Assembly (NCBI RefSeq): GCF_009914755.1
Contig: NC_060925.1
Reading direction: 5' to 3' (one strand)
Length of the DNA stretch: 64,000 bases
Origin: the human T2T-CHM13v2.0 reference genome, Homo sapiens
Positions 55,001 to 64,000 of the stretch are shown one piece after another. The notes under the pieces were generated by a model. The model was not told the DNA's origin. It did no database searches and worked only from the letters and a program-made list of their open reading frames with translations. Both the position numbers and the translations under genes were made by a program. Each line of letters begins with the position of its first letter. Within the stretch, counting starts at the first letter, position 1.

Positions 55001-57073
55001 ATACCATTGCCTTCCATTGCATTCCATTCCATTCCCCTGGTGTTTATTCCATTCCACTCCATTCCATTGCATTCCATTGCATTCCATTCCATTCCATTCC
55101 ACTCGTGTTAATTTCATTCCAATCCATTCCATTTCATTCCATTTCATTCCATTTCATTCCATTTCATTCCATTTCATTCCATTCCATTCCATTCCATTCC
55201 ACTCGTGTTGACTCCATTCCATACCTTTGCCTTCCATTGCATTCCATTCCATTCCCCTGGTGTTTATTCCATTCCACTCCATTCCATTGCATTCCATTCC
55301 ATTCCATTCCATTCCATTCCATTCCATTCCACTCGTGTTTATTTCATTCCAATCCATTCCATTGCATTGCATTCCACTGGTGTTTCTTCCATTCCACTCC
55401 ATTCCTTTGCATTCCATTCCATTCCATTGCATTCCATTCCACTGGTGTTTCTTCCATTCCACTCCATTCCTTTGCATTCCATTCCATTCCATTTCATTCC
55501 ATTCCATTGCATTCCATTCCACTCAGGTTAACTCCATTCCATACCGTTGCATTCCATTGCATTCCATTCCTTTCCTTTCAATTCCATTCCTTTCCATTCC
55601 ATTCCTTTCCTTTCGATTCCATTCCTTTCCATTCCATTCCTTTCCACTCGAGTTGATTCCATTCCATTCTATTCCATTCCATTCCATTCCATTCCACTCG
55701 TGTTTATTCCAGTCCATTCCATTCCATTCCATTCCACTCCGGTTGATTCCGTTCCATTCCATTCCATTCCATTGCATTCCTTTCCACTCCATTCCATTCC
55801 ATTCCATTCTACTCGGGTTGATTCCATTCCATTCCATTCCATTCCATTCCAGTCCATTCCATTCCATTCCATTCCACTCGGGTTGTTTTCACTCCATTCC
55901 ATTCCATTCCATGCCATAACATTCCATTCCACTCCATTCCACTCGGGTTGATTCCACTCCATTCCATTCCATTCCATGCCATTCCATTCCATTCCATTCC
56001 ATTCCATTCCATTCCATTCCATTCATTTGAATTCCTTTCCATTCCATTCCACTCTGCTTGATTCCATTCCATTCCATTCCATTCCATTCTATACCATTAC
56101 ATTGCAGTCGAATTGATTCCATTCTATTCCATTCCATTCCATTCCATTCCATTCCAATCTGGTTGATTCCTTTACATTCCATTCCATTCAATTCCATTCC
56201 ATTACATTACTTTACATTACATTACATTACATTACATTACATTACATTCCACTCGTGTTGATTCCATTCCATTCCATTCCATTTCATTCGGTTGATTCCA
56301 ATCCATTGCTTTCCATTCCTTTCCATTCCATTCCATTCCATTCCATTCCACTTGGGTTGATTCCATTCCATTCCATTCCATTCCATTCCATTCCATTCCA
56401 TTCCACACCATTTCATTCCTTTCCAGTTGGTTCCATTCCATTCCATTGCATTCCATTCCATTCCAATCGTGTTGATTGCATTCCATTCAATTCTATTCTA
56501 GTCCATTCCATTCCATTCCATTCCGTTCCATTACATTACATTCCTCTCCATTCCATTCCATTCCATTCCACTGGTGTTTATTCCATTCCACTCCATTCCA
56601 TTGCATTCCATTCCACTGGTGTTTATTCCATTCCACTCCATTCCTTTGCATTCCATTCCATTCCATTTCATTCCATTCCATTACATTCCATTCCACTCGG
56701 GTTGACTCCGTTCCATACCATTGCATTCCATTGCATTCCATTCCTTTCCTTTAGATTCCATTCCTTTCCATTCCATTCCTTTCCACTCGAGTTGATTCCA
56801 TTCCGTTCTATTCCATTCCATTCCATTCCATTCCACTCGTGTTTATTCCAGTCCATTCCATTCCACTCCGGTTGATTCCATTCCATTCCATTCCATTCCA
56901 TTGTATTCCTTTCCACTCCATTCCATTCCTTTCCATTCTACTCGGGATGAGTCCATTCCATTCCATTCCATTCCATTCCATTCCATTCCATTCCATTCCG
57001 TTCCATACCATTCATCTCCGGTTGATTCCATTCCATTCCATTCCATTCCATTCCATTCCATTCCATTCCATTC
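22012..57073 (-). repeat. Human Satellite 3 array, right arm, inverted ((ATTCC)n on + strand)
   Basis: ATTCC pentamers with ACTCGGGTTG/ACTCGAGTTG/ACTGGTGTTT motifs, the reverse complements of the left-arm motifs. Ends abruptly at ...ccattccattc|ttacggtttcatataaatt (~57073). Confidence 0.98.
35430..42890 (-). repeat. ~3.7-kb tandem duplication in the right HSat3 arm (two copies, boundary ~39170)
   Basis: The marker attgggtagattccattccgttcc occurs at 35454 and 39191 (offset 3737). Identical ORF translations at 36988/40716 (offset 3728) and 38271/41979 (offset 3708). Confidence 0.93.
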
Positions 57074-58165
57074 TTACGGTTTCATATAAATTTTAGGATT
57101 TTTTTTTCTATTTCTGTGAAGAGTGTTTTTAATATTTCAATAAGGAGTGCATTGAATCTGTAGATTGCTTTGTGTAGTATGGGTATTTTAATAATATTTA
57201 CTCTTCCAATAAAAGAACATAGACAATCTTTCCATTTTTTTTGGTGTCCTCTTTAATTTTTTTGCATCGATGTTTTATACTTTTCATTATAGAGATCTTT
57301 CACTTCTTCTGTTTTGTTTATTCCCAGTTATTTTATTTTATTTGTAGCTATTGTAAATGAGATTACATTCTTGATTTTCTTCTTTAGATTGTTCATTTTT
57401 GTCATTTAGAAATGCTACTGACTTTTGTAGATTGATTTTTTTTTGTTTTGACTCTGAATTTGTTGATCAGTTCTAATTGTTTTTTTGTGGAATCCTTAGT
57501 TTTTCCCAAATATAAGATCAAATCATCTGCAAACAATAAAACAGTAATAATTTTACTTCTTTCCAATTTGGATCCCTTTTATTGTTTTTCTATTGCCTGA
57601 ATTGCTCTAGTTAGGACTTCCAGTACTATGTTGAGTAACAGTGTTGGAAGTGGACATTCTTGTCTTATTCCAGATCGTAGAAGAAAGGCTTTCAGCTTTT
57701 CCCTGTTCAGGATGATACTGGCTGTGGGTCTGATGCATTTGGTTTTTATTGTGTTGTGGTATGTTCCTTCTATATCTAGTTTTTTTTGAGGGTTACTTTT
57801 TATCACTGAGATGTTGAATTTTATTAAATGCTTTTCAGCATCAATTGAAATTATCATATGGTTTTTGTCCTTCATTCTGCTGATATTATGTGTCACATTG
57901 AGTGATTTGCATATGTTGAACCATGTTGGCATCATCGGGATAAATCCCACTTAGACGTGATGAATGGTCTTTTACATAGGATGAGTTTGGAAATACTGCA
58001 GCCTTCTCTGTTTTTTGGAATAGTTTGGGTAGGATTGATGGTAATTCTGCCTTCAATGTTTGGTAAAATTAATCAGTGAAGCCAGTGAAGCCATTGAATC
58101 CAGGCTTTTCTTTGTTAGGAGATGTTTTATTATGGCTTCACTTTCATTTATCCATTTCTTCTAGG

Positions 58166-58455
58166 TTTTTTTTTTTTGAGATGGAATCTTGCTCTGTCAC
58201 CCAGGCTGTTTCGTGGTACAATCTCAGCTCACTGCAACCTCTGCTTCCCAGGTTCAAGTGATTTTCCTGCCTCAGCCTCTGGAGTAGCTGGAAGTACAGG
58301 TGCATGCCACCATGCCTGTCTAATTTTTGTATTTGTAGTAGAGATGGGGTTTCACCATGTTGGCCAGACTGGTCTTGAACTCCTGACCTCAGGTGATTAC
58401 CTGCCTTGGCTTCCCAAAGTGTTGGGATTACAGGCATGAGCCACGGTGTCCAGCC
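58166..58455 (-). mobile_element. Alu (AluS, Sx/Sz-like), full length, inserted in the L1
   Basis: Poly-T 58166-58177, then gagatggaatcttgctctgtcacccaggctg...ctcctgacctcaggtgat...cccaaagtgttgggattacaggcatgagccac. Imperfect target-site duplication ATTTCTTCTAGGTTTT (58154) / ATTTCTTCCAGATTTT (58456). Confidence 0.96.
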
Positions 58456-58880
58456 ATTTCTTCCAGATTTTTCAATTTATTGGAATATAGTCGGTCATAA
58501 TAGTTTCTAATGATTCTTTGAATTTCCACAGTATCAGTTATAGTGTCTCCTTTTTAATTCTGGTTTTATGTATTGGAATCTTCTCTCTTTTTTCTTAGTC
58601 TGGCTAAATGTTTGTTTATTTTGTTGGTCTTTTGAAAATATTAACTTTTCATTTCATTGATATTTTATATTGTTAAATTTCAATTTCATTTATTTCTGCT
58701 CCGACCTTTGCTATGTTTCCTTCTACTAATTTTGGTTTTAGTTTGTTCTTGCTTTTCTAATTATTTAAGATGCATTATTAGGTTGTTTATTTGAAGCTTT
58801 TCTACTTTTTTTGATGTAGGTGCTTTTTTCTATACACTTACCTCTTATTACTGTAGTACTGTTTTTACTGTATCCCATAG

Positions 58881-59178
<298 letters not shown>

Positions 59179-59312
59179 TGTACCCTAGGTTTTGGTTTGA
59201 CTTTAAACTTTTTCTTTTCTTGAAAACTCAGTGTCATAGTACCAGCTTCTTGTGCTTTGGGCAGTGAGACCCTTTTACTTGATAACAGTGGTAGCTGGGA
59301 CAAGTTGGCAAT

Positions 59313-59590
59313 GTAAATAAATAAACAGCATCTAGATTGGAAAGGAAGAAGTACAGTTATCTTTATGTACAGATGACATGATCTTGCATTTAGAAAATCG
59401 TAAGAAATTTACTAAAAAGTATTAGGACTCATGAACAAATTTAAGAATGTAACACTATATATACAAAAATAACTGTATTTCTTTACCAAGAAATCAAGAA
59501 TCCAAAAATGGAATTACAAAAATAAATCTTGTTACAATAGAATTAAAGCTGGGGAAGCTTAAACTTGAACACTAAAAACTACAATACATG
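59313..59590 (+). mobile_element. Ancient L1M ORF2 (RT region) fragment, plus strand
   Basis: aaataaa..gcatctagattggaaaggaagaagtacagttatctttatgtacagatgacatgatcttgcatttagaaaatc matches the L1 segment encoding I.IGKEEV.LSLFADDMI..LENP. A-rich and heavily decayed. Confidence 0.85.
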
Positions 59591-60109
59591 GTTAGCGTTG
59601 GAAACACCCAGATACCATCCCTGAGCCTTCTCTCCTTGGCTCTGAGGGCTTTACCTTCACGGGGTGAAGAAAGGGGTTGCATTCTTGGCTTTTACATTAT
59701 ATTAGGTGGGTTCGGGTTGAGGTATCTGCAATTCAAATGAGTATTACATACTCTACTTTTATGGATAAGAGACTGAGGCCCACCAAGAGAGGGAATGACA
59801 GTCCATATCCTGGAAGGTGAATTGTCAGGCACTGATTTCCGCTATTTAAACCCTGCCAATCATCAAGTATTTAAAGGATCCCCAGATACCATACCAATAG
59901 GTGTTCAAGGGAGAGGCCTGTAATCTAGGCGTCTGAGAAAACAAGGCTAGAGATTCCAATATTAGAGACAACAGGGCTCTGGGAAGATTAAGGTTGAGTT
60001 TTCTGGATCTGCAGAATAGAGTCACTGAAGACCAATTGCAAGATCAGAGGAGATGAAATAACAAGTCAAGGCATGCTTAGGAAAAGAGAATACCAGGGAT
60101 AGGTTTTAG

Positions 60110-60560
60110 GCAAGAATCACACTGAGGAAGGGCAGGTTCTTGGCGTCGCTCAGGAAGAAATCCAAAAGCAAGCCTGTGGTGGAAGAAAGCAGCTCTACGG
60201 AGGCATTGGCGGTGTTACAGCCCTGCGTCCACTCTGGCAGGGCAGGGTGCCCTCCGTGGGTTGTGCTCCCAGAGCAGCAGCCTAGGGGTGGCTTGTAGTC
60301 ATTTTTATAATTCACTTTTAATGGCATGCTAATTAAGGGGCAGGTTATTCAGAAATAGCTAGAAATGGGCAGTAACTTCCATCTGTTTCCATGGCAAGGG
60401 GTGGGGAATTCTCATGATGCCATGGCATTGGCAAACTGTCATGGCACTGGTGGGAGCGTCTTCTGGTGATCTGAGGCGTGAAGTGCTTTCGCTGCCTCTC
60501 CCAGGTTCCTGCGTGCCTCTTACCTGAAAGCCAATCAACACCCTCATCTGCCCACCTACA
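60110..60560 (-). mobile_element. ERV1-class solo LTR, MER41-like (subfamily uncertain)
   Basis: The minus strand reads ...acgctcccaccagtgccatgacagtttgccaatgccatggca...ggaagttactgcccatttctag...ccccttaattagcatg..attaaaagtgaattataaaaatgac...gccaagaacc. This resembles, from memory, the MER41 core (CCCACCAGCGCCATGACAGTTTAC..ATGCCATGGCAAC..GGAAGTTACC) followed by a TATA-like element. Confidence 0.6.
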
Positions 60561-60750
60561 AACATCACTGCCCTTTCACCCCATCCCCGTTTCACACGCA
60601 CTCCCACATCAACCCTGAGCATTCAAGCCTGCGTTTCCCTGTTAGGAACCTCGGTGGTAGCCGGAGCTCTGAGAAATCCCTAGGCAGAACTCCTTGCCTA
60701 GTTTGTGGCAGAAATCAGGGAAGGAAAGGCAAATTTCAGGTCTTTCTCAC

Positions 60751-60797
60751 AATAAATAAATAAAGATAGGTAGATTTGATTGATGGATGGATGGATG
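60751..60797 (+). repeat. Short (AAAT)n / (GATG)n simple repeats
   Basis: aataaataaataaa...gattgatggatggatggatg. Confidence 0.6.
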
Positions 60798-61088
60798 AAA
60801 CGTGGGAGTCTATGGGCAAATATTTATCAGACACTGGAAGTGAAAGTTGTCACAAAGATTATGGAGTGCACCTGTCTTATGACCCTGTTATTTTATCCTA
60901 GTATACGAACTAAAGCATATTTTCTAACTGTGTAAATTGAAGGCTCACAAATTAGTTTAGTGAGAGAAAAGATAACGGATTGGAAGAGAATTACCATATT
61001 CATTAGTTGTGTTTTTAAAATTTTAAAGTAAAATAGAGACATGATTGTTTTCATGCTTTCGAATGCATCTATAAAAAATAGACTTGAG

Positions 61089-61413
<325 letters not shown>

Positions 61414-61599
61414 TCATTCATAGCATAGACCAATTGGCCTCTATTGAAATTTCTCCATTATTTTCACAATGTCCCAGTCTGTGAAACCAGGATTTAATAA
61501 AGAACCAGAATGCCACATCTGTGTCACCTGGGTAGGGACCAGTCCTGATACATTAAGTCCGGGTCTCTGGGTAACTGGACTCAACTGCTGGGCAAAACA

Positions 61600-62230
61600 G
61601 AATGTCCGGCGTGGGTTCCTAACGGGGGACCGCAAAGCCTCATTGGAATTGTAGTGTCACCTTCCAATGATGTTACCATCAAGGACCTTGGGAACCAGCT
61701 TTTCTCTCTGCGTGTGCGCCGCCCGGCCCACTCTGCCATTTTCCTCCGGAAGTGTGGCACCCAGAGGCGGTCCTGTAGTGGGGCCGGCTTGGGGCTTGGT
61801 TCTATGTCCCTGTGGGTTGGTGCAAGGGCCAAGAGGAACCCGTGGGCCTCAGGGAATCCCAGGGGGCCGGACCAGTGTTCCCTAGTTGTGGAAGCAGACG
61901 CGTGGGCGCATCGCGGGAGGGGGAGGGCAGGGCCTGAAGAGCAGGTGCGGGCCGCGGACCCTGGCGGGGGCTGGGAGGACAGGCCTGGGGTCCCAGCAGT
62001 GAAGCGGGTTCTAGAGGCGCAGGAGCGGGTAGGAGAGGCCAGTGGCCCTGGGCCCGTAGTCTGCAGGCCGCGCTCCTGTCCTGCCGCTGAGGGACACGGT
62101 TACCAACCCGCATGATGCTCAGTTTGCCCATCTGTCCCAGTGCTAACACACAGTTCTCAGGAGACGTTCCCCATTCCCAGAGGAGTAGTGTGAAATGCGT
62201 GCGCCGCTAGTCTTAAACTTGGCGTTTGTA
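61600..62230. promoter_or_regulatory. GC/CpG-rich promoter-like island with housekeeping-type motifs
   Basis: Abrupt rise in GC and CpG. Degenerate NRF1-like TGCGTGTGCGC (61709), GC-box CCGCCC (61719-61724), YY1-type GCCATTTT (~61736-61743) and ETS/GABPA CCGGAAGTG (61746-61754) cluster within ~50 bp. Possible splice donor CAG|GTGCGG at 61945. Confidence 0.72.
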
Positions 62231-62965
62231 TTAGTTGGGTTTCCTGGTGTCTCTTTAGCAAGTGAAGTTTCTGGTTCCCTCCTTCACTCTGTGACCTGCC
62301 TAGTCCTCCTGGGTCGCATTTACAGAAGTTTATACGAGACCTAGTTTCCAGGGAAGAACTCACTGATTCCGCGAGGGAGATGGCATAATGGATGATGGTC
62401 GTCAGCCTTAAGGGTACTTCAGTCTTAACTGTGTGTTACAAAGTTTGAAAGGGAGGGTTCCCTATGAATAAGAAGCACACTTGAAAGAACAGCCATCTGG
62501 TCTAACCTCTCACTGGTGCTTCAGAGGAGGAAAAAAGGTCACAAGTGAAGATCCCAGTTTTCCTTGCTCAGGAAATATTAACTGTACTCCCTAGAATGCA
62601 CAAGATTTGCAAAGACTAGGTGATAGTAGAAGGTTTGGACGAACTTTCAGAAGGTTGAGGTGAATTCAGCTGAGAAGAACAGGCAAGGACTTAGGAAATA
62701 TTCCTTATTTGAAGGGGCCTGAAAGTGTGGTCTGGGGTACAGGAGTGACCTGTCATACTTGAGAGGATTAAAATACTCTCCAAACACAGTCCCATTCCTT
62801 CAATCTTAGCTCGTTTTTTCGCGTCTAAGATATATTAAACCTAGTCCATCCCCAAATTTAGCATTAGATTGCGAAGTTCTATTGATTGTATTTGATTTGT
62901 AATTTATGATTTTCTCCCCCTACATAATTTTGTTAAAAACACAGAAGTGAATTCTGTTCACTTAG

Positions 62966-63410
62966 GTGTAACAGTTAATACTTGCTGTTTAAGGAACTAA
63001 TTAAACCTTACTGGCTTATAAAAAACAATCACCATTTTATTTGTATGAAGTTCTATGGATCTGCATTTTGGTGTGGTGGATTCATCTGGGTAGTTGATAT
63101 ATTTGTGTTGCCTGGATTACAAAAAGGCCTTAGGCACCTGGTGCGTTGACTGAGCCTGGTTGGTTTAAGATAGTTTCCTTCACAATCTGGTGGTTTGTGA
63201 TGACTCTTGGCTAGGCCCTGTGTCTCCAACAGGGTAGCTCCAGACCTCTTCACAATTTCTCCCAAAAAGGGAAGAACCAATGGATATTTGCATCACATTT
63301 TCCATTGTCCATTCACTGGAGAAGTCAGATGGAAAAGCCCAATTTATTGTCAGAGCATAATATGAGGGCTTGGATAGAAGGAAAGGTGTTATTGGGAAAC
63401 ATGAGTAGAA
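62966..63410 (-). mobile_element. Old MaLR LTR (MLT1-type)
   Basis: cagttaatacttgctg...aaaccttactggcttataaaaaacaatcaccattttatttg...ttctatggatc and gcatcacattttccattgtccattcactggagaagtcagatggaaaagccca resemble conserved antisense MLT1 segments (aaaacttagtggcttaaaacaacaaccatttatt; cattggccaaagcaagtcacatggccaagccca). Confidence 0.7.
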
Positions 63411-64000
63411 TGGGGTACTGCAGGAAATATATATTATGTACATTTTAAAAAACGTAATTGTAGGCCAAAATTGCTGGTTTGCAAGATGCACTTTCCATGA
63501 TGTTCAGGTATAGAAAAACAAGAGGTACTGTCATGGGAACACTCATATGAAGTTATTTGTGGAATCTACATATTAATAGGAAAATAATACAGCCCAGTAT
63601 ATTTCTATAACATTTATTTTAGTGAACTTATAATGTTTCTTTGTATTAAATTATTAGATTATATCTTTAGATAATATTGTTACTAAATTAGTAGGTAATA
63701 CATATTTTTATTCAAAAATAAATTGTGCATCTAATGTCTACCAATTAATGTACTTGTCTATGTATCTTATCTTAACTTGAGCCTCTGCTGCCCCTAATGA
63801 GGCGTGAAGGACTCTTCTCCCACGGGGAAGTTTTTCTTTTTCAGGAGGGAGGAGGGCTTTCCCAGGTAATGTGTCTAGAGTGTTGGGCAGAAGAATCTGG
63901 GACCTCACCACACCAATTCTCTCCTTAATTCACGTCATTTGCCTTCTATCCCAGCTATGTTTCCAGTGTCCTCTGGGTGTTTCCAAGAGCAACAAGAAAC

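Noticed and set aside
1-57073. CRISPR-like arrangement of recurring motifs/hairpins separated by variable sequence
   Set aside because: The intervening sequence is pentamer satellite, not unique spacers. Spacing is irregular, there are no cas genes, and the context is primate.
1-57073. HSat2, alpha satellite/CENP-B boxes, telomeric repeat, or specific chromosome/DYZ1 assignment
   Set aside because: No dense CATTCGATTC pattern, 171-bp monomer or TTAGGG array was seen. Chromosome and subfamily cannot be assigned without k-mer comparison.
1-57073. Canonical heat-shock elements (nGAAnnTTCnnGAAn)
   Set aside because: GAA units are in direct, not alternating, orientation, and GAATTC/TTCGAA sites have the wrong spacing. 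I did not spot a canonical element by eye.
135-57096. Hundreds of ORFs encoding MEWNG- or FHSIP-repeat peptides (up to 462 aa at 34474-35862)
   Set aside because: (GGAAT)n and (ATTCC)n contain no stop codon in any frame, so long overlapping ORFs in all six frames are expected artefacts.
57579-57950. Functional reverse transcriptase gene
   Set aside because: Short frameshifted L1 ORF2 remnant with deletions, Alu insertions and truncation at both ends.
61581-62149. 153-aa and overlapping ORFs in the GC-rich island
   Set aside because: Stop-poor GC-rich sequence open on both strands, non-ATG start for the longest, and no recognisable domain.
63590-63730. AT-rich tract as origin or matrix-attachment element
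   Set aside because: Low-complexity composition only, with no specific supporting signal.

Overview
Human or great-ape pericentromeric/acrocentric-type heterochromatin. Bases 1-~57073 are classical Human Satellite 3 (HSat3/SatIII): (GGAAT)n pentamers interrupted by CAACCCGAGT-type motifs. The array has a sharp strand inversion at ~22006-22012, with GGAAT on + to the left and ATTCC on + to the right. The left arm is a highly similar ~12.2-kb tandem/higher-order repeat (about 1.76 copies visible) whose two copies differ in internal module copy number. The right arm is more diverged and carries ~3.7-kb, ~3.6-kb, ~1.2-kb and smaller duplications. At ~57074 the satellite is fused directly to the middle of an old L1 ORF2. 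The last 7 kb is ordinary interspersed-repeat DNA (L1 fragments, three Alus, an ERV1-type LTR, an MLT1 LTR) plus a GC/CpG-rich promoter-like island with GC-box, YY1 and ETS motifs. I find no credible protein-coding gene, and the ORF track is almost entirely a pentamer artefact. Nothing here demonstrates a new biological system. The best leads are structural hypotheses: the inversion and its dsRNA potential, a recurrent hairpin cassette at module boundaries, and a promoter close to the satellite edge. Coordinates were read by eye and boundaries are approximate.
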